Positions 36,291-50,325 of a DNA stretch of 64,000 nucleotides are shown one piece after another (positions within the stretch are counted from its first letter, which is position 1; each line of letters opens with the position of its first letter). Below the pieces are notes generated by a model. The model made no database searches and had not been told where the DNA came from. It saw only the letters and a list, made by a program, of their open reading frames with translations. This stretch comes from Octopus sinensis. Its lineage: Eukaryota. The translations under genes were made by a program, and so were the position numbers. The DNA lies in NCBI RefSeq assembly GCF_006345805.1, contig NC_042997.1, positions 36,828,001-36,892,000 on the forward strand, given 5' to 3'.

Positions 36291-37581
36291 GTAAGATGGT
36301 GAAATGTATAGAATAGAAACTACAAGCAAAATAATTTGACATCAACCATTTACACGTTTACATAAATTTCAGTTATAGAATTTTTGTCTTAAATATTGTT
36401 GAATACTGCGTCTGATAATCATTTACATTGTTGCAATCGTATTGATAGCTATGACAAACTAAGCATAGTTTTAAGATTAATCAATTAACAATAGACCAAA
36501 TCTTCCATCGAATGGTGATATGAAATGTTACTATCAACTTAAACGCGGTTGACAACAGCACAGTGAATATACTTTTATGGAATCAAATACAGACGTTTAT
36601 TGATACAGCAATGTTTATTTATTTCGGAAGTGTGTACTGAACGAATGCAATACGAATTTTTGTGTATAAATATCTCAAAAATAATCGTAAAGCTGTTTGC
36701 GTTCATGATAGAAAATTCAATGTCTTCCTTAAACATCTTGACATATGAAATTTGTCATACACTGCCATGACAAAATAAATTAATGTGTGTTTTATTGTTT
36801 TTCTATCGTGGCTTTGAATGGAGCGTTATTAAAATCCCAGTGAGAAGTTGCAACATTGAAAGAAGATAAACAATTTCGTAATACATATTGTACTCTCTAC
36901 TCCCAGTAATTCTTTAAGCTATATTTTCTTCGTTAATTGGAAACGTAGTGTTACTGCCATACACACATTCTCATAATGTGATGGATTGAAATTCCGAGTA
37001 GGAGTCAAAGAGTTCAATAATATTTATAAGTTCCTACACGTTCACACATGCATAGCTGCACTATTACATATATACAAACATACATACATAATATCTTCGA
37101 CATTATTATCGCCAGCTATCTTATGATCAGGTTCACTGAGGAAACTATTCGTTTATGGCAGCATCGTTGATTCAATGAAATAAAATTTCAGGATGTTACG
37201 GGTCACAAGAAAAAACAGCTGGCGAAAACAATAAGGGCAAATTTTGGAAAACTGAATATAGGAAAGTATGAAAGTGTCATGAAATTTCATTTCGTTTACG
37301 AGTATTCTATATTATAAAATATATTATTCTTGGAGTTATGAATGCCAAAACGATATTGGCAATTCTGCTGTTGGATAATTGAATATAAGGAATATATTGT
37401 GGGACGAACATCATTGTAAACTAAATTATCTTACAGGGTAACCTTCTCGTTGACAAAGGTTTACATTAATTGTGTTCTAAAATATGACAGCAGAATACAA
37501 GTATGAAATAATGAATAACATATTCTGGCAATTATAAATAACCAGCAACAAGGACTAGCACACACTAACTTTCTTTTTTAA

Positions 37582-37961
37582 GCACTCCGTCGGTTACGAC
37601 GACGAGGGTTCCGGTTGATCCGAATCAACGGAACAGCCTGCTCGTGAAATTAACGTGTAAGTGGCTGAGCACTCCACAGACACGTGTACCCTTAACATAG
37701 TTCTCGGGGATATTCAGCGTGACACAGAGTGTGACAAGGCCGGCCCTTTGAAGTACAGGTACAACAGAAACAGGAAGTAAGAGTGAGAGAAAGTTGTGGT
37801 GAAAGAGTACAGCAGGGATCACCACCATCCCCTGCCGGAGCCTCGTGGAGCTTTTTAGGTGTTTTCGCTCAATAAACACTCACAACGCCCGGTCTGGGAA
37901 TCGAAACCGGGATCCTATGACTGCGAGTCCGCTGCCCTAACCACTGGGCCATTGCGCCTCC
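37582..37961 (-). mobile_element. tRNA-Arg-head SINE (octopus OR-like family), full length
   Basis: Minus strand begins GGAGGCGCAATGGCCCAGTGGTTAGGGCAGCGGACTCGCAG...GGTTTCGATTCCC (A and B boxes, TCG anticodon-like loop) and continues into a non-tRNA body. Confidence 0.88.
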
Positions 37962-38682
37962 AGCACACACTATATCAACTCGGAGAAAACCTATACATGC
38001 AGAAGCAGTTGCCAGTCACCATAGTAGCAAACGCAAGAATATATACTTAGTGAGCAAGGAGTGGAAGTATATAAACAAACGCAAGTTGTTTTTGTATTAA
38101 ATATGGATTTCATGAAAACATTAATTTGCTCCTTAGGTACGACCGCAAGACAGAGCTTATTTAAGTACCAATCATACGGTAGCGAGAAAGTTCAGTTTAA
38201 TTCTGATTAACGATATCAGCAAGGGATATCGAAAAAAAGTAATGAACTATTTAAGCAGTATCATGAAGATAGAAAGAATGTAAACAAATGCAAATCAATC
38301 CGGAAACATACTATTATGGATTTGTAAAACCGAATAGAATCAGATCTCTGGTATATGGCTATAGTGTGATACATATCAAATGTAAATAATGATTTAACTA
38401 CAATTCTCACTAGAAAGCTATTTGATGATAAGAAAACAATTGTGAACAGCATAAATGAGACGTGTCATTAAGCAAGTCCGTCAATAGCTAAAAAGAAAAA
38501 TAAAGTCAGAAGTCAGCGCAGAAAAATGTCAGAAAATCAGTAACATCAAAGACAATTTTTTTTCTTTAGCGGAGTGGATTTTGATTCATTCTAGTGAAAT
38601 ATTTTCTCTTAAACAAATATTCTTGCATCGCATCAAAATTTTGCCAATGGTGATAATTTCATGATATTAATATTGATTTCAA

Positions 38683-38878
38683 ATTTTGGCACAAGGCCAG
38701 CAATTACATGGGTGGGATTAAGTTGACTACATCGAATCCAGTGCCCAGCTGCTAGTTATTTTATCGGACCCAAAAGCATAAAAGGCAGTCTAACCGGTCG
38801 TATCTTGAACGTAACGACGGGCGAAATGTCGCTTAGAATTCTGCCCGGTTTGCTAATGATTCTGTCTGTTCGTTGCCT
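38683..38878 (-). mobile_element. Degenerate family B SINE
   Basis: Reverse complement aligns to 18055-18220 (cagaatc.ttagca..ccgggc.gaa, cgttacgtt, ccgataaaataa); a further fragment lies at about 11143-11200. Confidence 0.6.
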
Positions 38879-41149
38879 TTATCGTGAAATTAATATCAAT
38901 AAAGAAATATAAAAAAAAAAGAAACCTCAAGGTTTGAAAAGTATCAGAAAAATTGACTTGATGGTTGGCTAAGTCTATATTTTACAGGTTCCCAAAATGG
39001 CTCACTGAAAGCAGACGCTGAAATGTATGTGAAATACTTAATAAAGAATAGAAATTTGCTTTCACTCCTCTTCGGGTGGTATGCAAACAAGCAAAGCTGG
39101 CAAGCTCTTCAATCTGTGGTTTTAGACAGGGAAGAGAAAACCATCGATTGCATTGACATGAAAACAAATGACGATGTAATATGTCATTAATGAAATGAAC
39201 TATGCAACAGGCCGCAGTGATTCATGTAATGTCACTAGCAAATTTTCAAAACCAATGCAGATATATTTCCAAAGCTTTCAGAAAGTTGAAAGTAGTTGTA
39301 ATATGCTCTAAAAATAAACGTGAAAGCAGAGTAGACGTTAAAAATAGCAGCTCTAACTTTCTGACTTAACACATCGACAAAAGTGAGGAATTCATTCTCA
39401 CAAGGAGCCATTTGACGTCCCTAGAAGTAAATTATTTCTTCATTGAAACACAGCACGACTTCTGTCCAGGACGGTGCTCCCTCACACAGCTAATACAGCA
39501 TTACGATTATTTGCTGACATAGCATCCATATATGTCAAACGTGGTTGTGATATATCACCACATTCCAAAGGTTTTACATAAAACTAGATGACGGAAAGAT
39601 ATGGTGCCATAAACTGCGTGACCTCGACAGAATTGGAGAACGAAAATGTGCCTGCATACATATACATACGAACACACATACCCACGCGCACAAACGCTTA
39701 AGGTAACCCTAGAAATGGATGATACTATCTACTAGATATAACAGGCAAACTTTTCTCAAATTCTCTCCTATCAACATAAACAAGGAAATGACAGATTCAA
39801 TACTGGTGTTCCTGGACATCCACTGAAAAATAATGCAAACACAAAGAAAGATGTTCGATACTGGAATGCTTTTACTCCGAAACATACAAGTGCCGTTGTT
39901 TTTATAATCTATATCTAAAACATTGTTGCCTATTCTCTAAAATTGTCCATGAAAGTATTTCGTAATGAAGTGGAGGGCGGAGATATATAATTGCCGGAAA
40001 ATTCCTTCTAGTTTATTGCAGCATATTTTTGTTTTTTAAGCATTCTCTGGATTCTATTATACTGTTCTTAGCTGTAAATATAGGACTTAGAAACTAGATA
40101 CCAAAATTGTACGTATATTACTATATAAACTTGGAAAATACTAAGCATCGGGTATAGATTACATATCACTTAGGATTGTCAGTCAGGGAGGGTATATGTT
40201 CAACTGCATGAAAATAATTTCATATCTTTATAGAATAAATGAAACGCTAGTAAACGAGTATTTAGGAATAATTTTAAATTTAGAAATATTTTGGAAATCT
40301 TTGAGATTTGGTGATAAATGTATAAAATGAACACTCTGTAAGAGAGAAACATATACTGCGTTCCTCACGGTGGTGATATACATCTCAAGACCTTATTATA
40401 AAATGAACGTGCATGTGTGCATGGAAGCCAATTCGTTTAGTACAATAGCTGACGAGTAAAAATAGAAAATAGAAGCTCACATAATTTGAAAAGCGGAATG
40501 GACAAAATTTATCCTTACTGCCCAAAAGACAAATATATTAAGGTCCTCACGGTGAGGATATTCATCTCAAGCTACTATCCTAAAGAGATACACGTGTCCG
40601 TGATGCTTGCATGGAATGTTGGCAGTACGGATAACTTTTGTCTTCTTCGTCTTCCGAATTCAGTGGCCTTTTGAATTCAATGGCCGGTATCCATCCTATC
40701 AGTAAATATCACTGCATTTCATTGCTTTATCTCTAATGTTCGTTTCATTCACATCTACGATAAAAATGTCATACTTAAATGACTGCCTTAAAAAATCAAG
40801 CTATAGGAATGCAAACATTGTGTACCAGATGCCTAAGCTGCACATTCAATACCGGCTACAATGATAACAATATTTGCTTTCAATTAGTTGCATTCCTTAC
40901 TTATTCACACGTTAAAATGAAACACTATTTTCTTTGATGAAAATTCCAATGCTTTGTACAACGTTTCCAGTATAAAGTTAGGCTCACAGACTAATAGGGA
41001 CTAACAAGTATCGCAAAGTCCATCAATGTTTTCTTTAGAAAACAGCTGTTTTTTTTTGTTTTATCTCCCAGTGCGACAAGGACTCTAAGTCCGAATCTTT
41101 TCTGTTTTCTGTTACCAAACATTTACATATACCATATTATGAACAGACA

Positions 41150-41690
41150 TAATGGAGACGAGCCATGCTTGATTTACTGTATACATCCGTGAAGACCTCG
41201 CACCCCAGGTCTTACTGTCATACTCAAATTCAAAGAAGACAACACAACATAGTCATAAGCAGTAAGTATCGCCCACCAGATGCTCCAAACCACATAGGCA
41301 AGGATTAATGACATCCTCATGAAACTGGAACACCATGTGAGCGTATTTCTCATAGATGATTTCAACTTCTCCAACGTCAAATGGCCCGAGGTTGCATGCT
41401 CTCATGAATGACTCATTGAAAACAAGCACAGATGGAGTCCTTGACCAACCCCACCAATGCCCTATTCATGGGGCAAGTTGTTCTCAGACCAACTAGGTCG
41501 AATAACATTTTGGATTTCTGCTTCACAAACAATCTGGACACCGTTTAAATGTGGACGTAATAGCCCTTGACTTTGCAAAAGCTTTTGATAAAATGGATCA
41601 TGGTATGATATGACACAACCTGCATGTTCTAGGTAGTGGCTACATGATTTTCTGAAAGATAGAAATCAGTTAGTAATGGCCAATGGAGCC
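41150..41690 (+). mobile_element. CR1/L2-like LINE remnant: APE C-terminus fused to RT core
   Basis: YRPPDAP, DDFNFSNVKWP, PTRSNNILDFCFTNN, then VDVIALDFAKAFDKMDHG and DFLKDRNQLVMANG. Confidence 0.75.
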
Positions 41691-42221
41691 TTTAGCTTTA
41701 ACCACAGCTTCGAGACGATTCTGGGATCTCCGGCAAATCTTCTTGTTGGTCTCCTTATTTAAGTTGGTGAATGCCTCCATAATCTTTGCCATCAGTTCAT
41801 CTTTGGTACTACAGTTCATCTTTGTTGGTGCCTCGATCAACTTCACCCCACACATAGGCGTTTTTGTGGACTCCGTGGCCATGTGGGACGAATCGAGTCA
41901 TAGCGTTGCTATCGCTAGTAATCACGCCAAACAATATGATGTTGACTGGATGTTTGACTTTTATCACTCTGGGTACAAGTTTTGGGGATGCGGAAGTCAT
42001 TCAGAGTGACTCACAAGAATTCTGAAATGCTCGTATTGGTGCTTGCGGCGCGAATGCCAAGCAGTAGAGCATGTCGATTGAATTGCGTCATGGTGCTGTT
42101 TTTCTCCCAGACGGTGCCCATCAAACCCTACTATATTGTGTAATCACCAAACAAAAAGAAAACAATGCGCATGCACGAAATTAAAAATATAAAATGGCGA
42201 CGATTTACTTATCGCACACTG
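41690..42221 (-). mobile_element. Internally deleted Tc1/mariner-superfamily transposon
   Basis: TA + CAGTGTGCGATAAG terminus at 42221; KHPVNIILFGVITSD (41809-42000) and TKDELMAKIMEAFTNLNKET..RLEAVVKAKG (41670-41882). Confidence 0.8.
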
Positions 42222-42654
42222 TATATGTATAACAAAAGCAAACATGATAACGACTAGCAATTTACATGTAAAGTAAATTGGTGTATGCTAATTTTTTCAT
42301 GCTGTTTTCTTCGTATATATTCTCCACCTATGTGTTCTTACATTTCTTCCACTCTCATCAATTCAGTTTGCTTGTCAATATTTCTCTCATTTACTTGTTG
42401 ATATTTCATATTTATTCGTAATTGAACACCTGTTGCCTCCTTTAAAGTGAGAATGAGACAATAGTGTTTCAATATATAAATATATTCGGTGATTAGTAGT
42501 TGTTTACTATCTGATGAAACTGTACAGAATGAAACATTAGAATTAATCAAGTATATAATATTCTCTTTTGTTTTTATCTCTCTTTCTCTCCGTTCCTATA
42601 TATGTGTGTGTGGGGGGGGTGTCTGTGAGTGTGTGTATTTTTTGATGTATACTC

Positions 42655-43055
42655 TCTTTTACTCTCATTTACTTGATTCAGTCATTTGACTGTGGCCATG
42701 CTGGAGCACCGCCTTTAGTCGAGCAAATCGACCCCGGGACTTATTCTTTGTAAGCCCAGTACTATCGGTCTCTTTTGCCGAACTGCTAGGTGACGGGGAC
42801 GTAAACACACCAGCATCGGTTGTCAAGCAATTCTAGGGGGACATAGACACACAAACACACACACATACATATATACATATATACACATATACGACAGGCT
42901 TCTTTTAGTTTCCGTCTACCAAATCCACTCACAAGGCATTGGTCGGCCCGGGGCTATAGCAGAAGACACTTGCCCAAGATGCCACGCAGTGGGACTGAAC
43001 CTGGAACCATGTGGTTGGTTAGCAAGCTACTTACCACACAGCCACTTCTGCACCT
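42655..43055 (-). mobile_element. Family A SINE
   Basis: Reverse complement of the 1996/9599 family. Confidence 0.88.
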
Positions 43056-43439
43056 ATGTATAATATGTATATATACATATTACACACATACATATTGTTT
43101 ACATACATACATATATAGATATGCATTTATAGATGTAGATATAGATATATGAGATTGTACTGTATAGTTCACATGTTGTATATGGAGGAATGATATCAGA
43201 GCTGCGAAATCTTACATGTATTAATTTCAAGCCTTCTTACTAATAAATGTAACTAGTTGCTTCTTCTCTTGAAATTGGACAAAATTTGGCAGTGTGGTCA
43301 TGTCAAGCACAGGATCTATAATGGTCTAACACAAAAGAAATTCATGCTGGCATAGGTACATGGGTTCTACATTTGTGGATGACACGCCAGTATTATTTAT
43401 AGTGCAAATGTCGGCAGCTAAATTTTGAAAGGGAAAAGT

Positions 43440-44302
43440 GTGTCTTGAAGATGAGCCATGGTTTGGACGTCCTGCAAATGCCACGGTATAGGAAAACGCT
43501 TATCATTTTCACCACATGCTGATGGACGACTGACGCTTGACTATGATCATATAGCCAATGATATTGGAATATCTCCAGAGAGAGTTTACAACACTCTGTA
43601 CAATGAACTGAGAATGGCGGAGATTTCTGCACGGTGGATGTCTGTCACACATCAAAAGTGCACCAAGTTGATCAAATCACAGAAAAATCTGAGGCCGATC
43701 CAGCTGGCTTCCTTGAACGTTTCCTAACCCAGAATGAGTGTTGGGTCCATCAATTTGAGCCAAAGACAAAGAAAAGATCCTTGCACTAGAGATATCCCAC
43801 TTCATCTAGTCTAAAGAAGGCGAAGGGAAGGCGATGACCTCAGTTCCTTGAGAATGCAAAAGGCATTGTCTTTATTAACTATCTCCAAATGTCTACACCC
43901 TCAAAGGAAAGTACTATGCTAAACTGTTGCGGCAGTCACGAAAGTCTTTCAAGATCAGACGTCCAGGAAAACAGACGGAAGATGTCTTGAATTATCAGGA
44001 CAAAACTGCAACACAGCCCTTGGTTTCAACGTTTGCTGTGCATGACTGTCGCTTTGAACTCGTTGATCAATCCCTACTACCAAAATCTCCTGTTAAAAAA
44101 CACTTGATTGGTGACCAGTATCGCTGCGATGATGATACATATCTGCTGTTGTTGACGTTTTTTGCAAAACAGAATGAACGCTTCTTCATCAAAGACATCC
44201 AACACAGCAACACCGATAAAGCAAGTGTGTGGACCTCAAGGGAGACTATGTTGAAAAAGAAACTTTCCCTAGGCAGATTCCATCAGCGTAACTTGATCAG
44301 CC
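43440..44302 (+). mobile_element. Decayed mariner transposon
   Basis: IANDIGISPERV..ISARWM, FLERFLTQNECWVHQFEPKTK, KGIVFINYLQ, LNYQDKTA; ends in ...gatcagcc followed by TA. Confidence 0.82.
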
Positions 44303-44342
44303 TACACACACATACGTACACACAGACACATACACACACTCA

Positions 44343-44385
<43 letters not shown>

Positions 44386-44516
44386 CTATATATACATGGA
44401 TATGTGTATGTGTTCATAAATGTGAGCCTGTGTGTCTAAGTGTTTGCGTAGGTGCCAATACATCATTTACATGAGTGTAGGTGTATAGTGACTGTAAATC
44501 TTCATATGTGGTCATT

Positions 44517-44558
<42 letters not shown>

Positions 44559-44637
44559 AAGAAAGAGAGGAGGAAAAAGAGAGAGAGAGAGTTCTCTTTG
44601 TATTTATAGGCGAATAATACACCTGTGTCTACGTATG

Positions 44638-44677
<40 letters not shown>

Positions 44678-47602
44678 AATGCGTATACGACCATGTGCGC
44701 ATACACTTCCATGCGTAGCTGATTGTATGTGAGAATGTGCGTCTACGCGTATATGTGTATATATCTGGGAAAGAAATGTACTTGCAAGAAATACCACCAC
44801 AGATTTCTTCAAACAACTCTGGTATTTGGCAACTTTAATTCTATGATCTAATATCAATGTACAATACTTAAGTGGAAAACCCAAGTGTTAAATACCTCTT
44901 CATTGAAACAATGGGAGGGTATTGATGTGGTTTTTAGAACGACTAAAAATACCAACCACATATTTCTCCAATCACACAATTCTTTCCTTACAAGGACAGA
45001 TACGTTGAAAATTTAGTCCACTACCAGATCAGACATGAATTTCATGGTTGGAAAGCATTTTATGAGATGTTAATTTAATTAGGGTGACCTGCGGTTAAAC
45101 TAGACTATCACAATAACAATCCTATCACCAAATAATTATCAGAGACCAAAGTCAAAGAATATGGTGATTGCTGAATTAATTTTAATATCATCATCAAAAT
45201 ATCTAATCGATAAAGAGGGAAAACCAGACTTTATTCGGAAAATCTTTCTTCCTCAACAAACCACAATTAACAACCACCGATAAAATCATTTCGTACCTGT
45301 GATAAAAACCGGAACGACCTGAAAGGTCGATACGCTGCAGAGATGTATTGTTCTTGTAATAGCGAATTACAGAAATAAATTTCAGTAGTCACTAAATGGT
45401 GAATTGGTACAACGTTATTGTGTTGCCGTTTTTCTTGACCAAGATATCTTTAATAAACAAGCAATTCCAACTTTAAATCTACGACCCCGGTTGATCTGAA
45501 GGATCGGAATGGTAACTTACATATTAAGTAATTTCCACTTTTTATCTCAAGACATTTTATAAGGCTTAATGTCATGCGTTTGTAGGCAAATTTACTAGGG
45601 TACAAATACTAAAATTTCACATGAAGTCGATATTAAGTTATCAAAGAGCAAGATAACAAAATGAATCCATTAATACTCAGAAAGCTAATTAGGGGATAAA
45701 AATCACAAGACATAAATTAAATTGATTATGGCTAGTATCGCACCAGCCACGTTTTGCATATCATCGATTGAAAGTGTTTAATAGTTTATCTTTCATATTA
45801 TCTAACAGCAGAACAATATAATGCCTGCTAAGGTGATGAGCAATGTGAGAATAAAAATCCAACATGGCAAACGTTTCGAAAGTCTTAGTTTACGGTTTGA
45901 ACACAGTTCTCAAGCTTAGCGTTTTCAGACAATCTGCGTAGCAATCAACATCGAATGCCGTGTAGTAAACTTCTCAAATTTACAAGAAATAAACTACATT
46001 TATGTTGTTGGATACATTTGTTTTGGGCGGATTTTCAAAGGCAAGATTTTCTGAAGAACTACCGAAATTTTATTAGTAGCTTATTTTGCCATCAATTTTC
46101 TCGAAAACTTTTCCTGTGCGCTCAATATATTTTCCTTTCCATGGTCTAAATATTTTGGGTTAATGATAACATTTATTTCGTCAGTTGCATTGGCAAGTGA
46201 TTGATATGTTGGACATGGTTTTACTACCAAATTGATATCAGATGGTATTTATGGCTTTTTGATCGGTAGAAGTAGAAGTAGCAGCATCTATGATTCATTT
46301 ATATCATTTCTGCCATACCACAATAAACTTCATGTATTTCTATCAAACTTCTATATTGTAAAATTTGAGAAATAATTATTCTTGAAAAAATTGAGTGCAA
46401 AATTATCTTCGTCTTCATGATATAGATTTTTTTTCAGCCAATTCTTATCGACGAATTGTCTAATACGAATAAAATCGATATCAGACTTCATGGCCAATTC
46501 ATTATTCTTTATTTTTTGGTTTTTTTTTCACCGTTTACTAGCAGTTCATCAAAACTTCTGTTAATGGTTTGATGTATTTCGAATCCAGACAGTATATGCT
46601 TTTGTCATTATTGCAATCAGGCCTAGTTGAGGAACTTATACACCGGCATTTTCGTGAATATTTATATAGTGTGACATTTGAATGATTTCAACGATTTAGT
46701 CCAACACTGTTGTCGTAGGGATGCAAGTAACAGTATAATGGTTTTTATTGTACACATATGTATTAGGGGCATGTGATCGGTAATTAATTCGAAATATCGT
46801 ATGTATCAGAACTGACTGTCACGGAGATTTCCGAATCTAATGAATAATCAGTATTCAAATGTTTATGAATATCGCCGTTGATATTCATGTATCTGATACT
46901 TGAGCCCATCAATGTTCATAACCATTTTCAAGTTGTGATATAACCCGGCCGAAAATAACTGGGGAAGTATCTTCTGTCAAAATTAATGACACATTTTCAT
47001 AGTAATTACTAAAGTGTGAGGCCTCAGTTAATTTTATTGTCGACTCCTTAAAACATTGTTCAATAATCTCTCTATTTGAATGCTATTCCATCTTTATGTA
47101 TATCGCAGCAAGACTTGCCATGTTCTTAATAAATGTACAATGATATTTGACTTTCGAAATAAAACATGCTAATAGCCAATTCCCATATTTTAATTAGTAA
47201 TGATTTAATTGCTGTATGTTTCCTGAAGAAGACATTTTGCAAAATATGCTAATGGTATGCGAAAAAGTCACAAATCTCTTAATTTTATTTTGAGCTGCAG
47301 TCTAGTAAATTTTAAATATTAATTTAGATTGTTCAAATGTTATTCAACTGCCGTTTTGATAATAAGGCATCAATATATTTTATGCCTTATTACAGTATTG
47401 TTTATTTATCCGACTACAATAAAAGATATCATCTATATATTTAGCTTCTTATTTTAGTGCTTCTTATTTTAGTACTTTTCACTTCTGTTATTTCGATCCC
47501 TAAATGCTTGCCTTTTATTCTACTCACGCTGAAGTTCTATCCTGTAGATCACGGAGTAGTTCAACACAGTCGGCGAATGGCGTGGTTGTCTCGAAGATAT
47601 GC

Positions 47603-47815
47603 TTACTCTTTTACTCTTTTACTTGTTTCAGTCATTTTGACTGCGGCCATGCTGGAGCAATGCCTTTAGTCGAGCAAATCGACCCCAGGACTTGTTCTTT
47701 GTAAGCCTAGTACTTATTCTATCGGGCCCTTTTGGTGAACCGCTAAGTTACGGGGAAGTAAATACACCAGTATCGGTTGTCAAGCGATGTTGGGATAACA
47801 AACACAGACACACAA

Positions 47816-47891
<76 letters not shown>

Positions 47892-48055
47892 TACGACGGG
47901 CTTCTTTCAGTTTCCGTCAACCAATCGACTCAAAAGGCTTTGGTCGGCTGGAGGCTATAGTAGAAGATACTAGCCGAAGGTGCCACGCAGTGGGACTGAA
48001 CACGGAACAATGTGGTTGATAAGCAAGCAACTTACCACACTGCCACTCCTGCGCT
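47603..48055 (-). mobile_element. Family A SINE, full length
   Basis: Tail ttactcttttactctttt through head ccacactgccactcctgcgct; its 5' 165 bp recurs at 48826-48991 and 49767-49932. Confidence 0.88.
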
Positions 48056-48557
48056 TGTTTGGTTATTTTCCTGTTAAAACGACTACAGATTTGAAATTGC
48101 CATTCCGTCTTGGCAGACGAATTCCGGTATTAGTAATAAGTTACTTCCAATATTCTGTGCAGGATTTATGTTCTTTTTGAAACAGTATTTAGCTTTCGAA
48201 AATGAACACAGTCTTGCTATTTAAGAAGATAATATATCGAGCACTGTAAGCTATCTTAGTACTTTATCGTTGGAATCATGTTGATGTTTATCAAGCACCG
48301 TTATTGCTGGTTAACTGTAGTATTATATTTAGTGTGCAATCCCTAGAAAAATATAGCAGCAGGATTCGAGTGTAGAAAAGGTGAATAGTTAGTTGTGTCC
48401 ATATAATAAATATATAATATCCACTCTATCCAAATTATTGAGTTCTATACCCGTGAAAGTAGCACTATGTAAGTTGAATCATCGATAATTTTGTATATAT
48501 GCATGTGTATATGAGTGTAAGGGGTAATATATTATATTATATTATATTATATTATAT

Positions 48558-48620
<63 letters not shown>

Positions 48621-48652
48621 GCATTAGAGTGTTCGTTCTTTTTCTATATAAG

Positions 48653-48734
<82 letters not shown>

Positions 48735-49525
48735 TTAGAGACAAAACCACTATTTTGCAAAACAAACAAGGAAAGACTTAATCAATACATAAAATTTTAA
48801 TAAAAAGTCAAAAAAATTTGAAATTATACGACGGGCTTCTTTCAGTTTCCGTCAACCAAATCGACTCAAAAGGCTTTGGTCGGCTGGAGGCTATAGTAGA
48901 AGATACTAGCCGAAGGTGCCACGCAGTGGGACTGAACACGGAACAATGTGGTTGATAAGCAAGCAACTTACCACACTGCCACTCCTGCGCTTGTTTGGTT
49001 ATTTTCCTGTTAAAACGACTACAGATTTGAAATTGCCATTCCGTCTTGGCAAGACGAATTCCGGTATTAGTAATAAGTTACTTCCAATATTCTGTGCAGG
49101 ATTTATGTTCTTTTTGAAAACAGTAATTTAGCTTTCGAAAATGAACACAGTCTTGCTATTTAAGAAGATAATATATCGAGCACTGTAGAGCTATCTTAGT
49201 ACTTTATCGTTGGAATCATGTTGATGTTTATCAAGCACCGTTATTGCTGGTTAACTGTAGTATTATATTTAGTGTGCAATTCCCTAGAAAAATATAGCAG
49301 CAGGATTCGAGTGTAGAAAAGGTGAATAGTTAGTTGTGTCCATATAATAAATATATAAATATCCACTCTATCCAAATTATTGAGTTCTATACCCGGTGAA
49401 AGTAGCACTATGTAAGTTGAATCATCGATAAATTTTGTATATATGCATGTGTATATGAGTGTAAGTGGGTAATATATTATATTATATTATATTATATTAT
49501 ATTATATATAATATATATATATATT

Positions 49526-49563
<38 letters not shown>

Positions 49564-49603
49564 ATGCATTAGAGTGTTCGTTCTTTTTCTATATAAGAAC
49601 TAT

Positions 49604-49659
<56 letters not shown>

Positions 49660-50016
49660 ATATATATAATATTAATTAGAGACAAAACCACTATTTTGCA
49701 AAACAACACAAGGAAGACTTAATCAATACATAAAATTTTAATAAAAAGTCAAAAAAATTTGAAATTATACGACGGGCTTCTTTCAGTTTCCGTCAACCAA
49801 ATCGACTCAAAAGGCTTTGGTCGGCTGGAGGCTATAGTAGAAGATACTAGCCGAAGGTGCCACGCAGTGGGACTGAACACGGAACAATGTGGTTGATAAG
49901 CAAGCAACTTACCACACTGCCACTCCTGCGCTTGTTTGGTTATTTTCCTGTTAAAACGACTACAGATTTGAAATTGCCATTCCGTCTTGGCAAGACGAAT
50001 TCCGGTATTAGTAATA
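47891..50016. repeat. Tandem duplication, ~935-941 bp period, 2.3 copies
   Basis: Unit = SINE head + unique flank + (TA)n + reversed PLE tail; starts at 47891, 48826 and 49767; copies differ mainly by 1-bp indels. Confidence 0.9.
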
Positions 50017-50259
50017 ATTTGAAACTGACTTATTGGAAGTCCACCTGAAGATTGTCGATCAGGACAAGAAACAATTGTAGTGGCGGTTTTTTTTAACTTT
50101 TTATTAAAATTTTATGTATTGATTAAGTCTTTCCTTGTTTGTTTTGCAAAATAGTGGTTTTGTCTCTAATTAATATTATATAATATTTTACTATAAAATT
50201 GGATTTAATCCTAAATCTGATTTTTCCATGTAAATTTGGATTTATTCCCTAATATTTAT

Positions 50260-50325
<66 letters not shown>

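Noticed and set aside
37885-37961. tRNA-Arg gene
   Set aside because: The tRNA-like head lacks a proper acceptor stem and runs into a repeated SINE body; the same applies to family A and B heads.
42507-42540. CTGATGA...GAAAC motif
   Set aside because: Stems II and III are disrupted; at most a decayed PLE hammerhead, so not listed as a feature.
45315-45330. cgacctgaaaggtcg hairpin resembling a ribozyme fragment
   Set aside because: Single 6-bp stem with no catalytic core around it.
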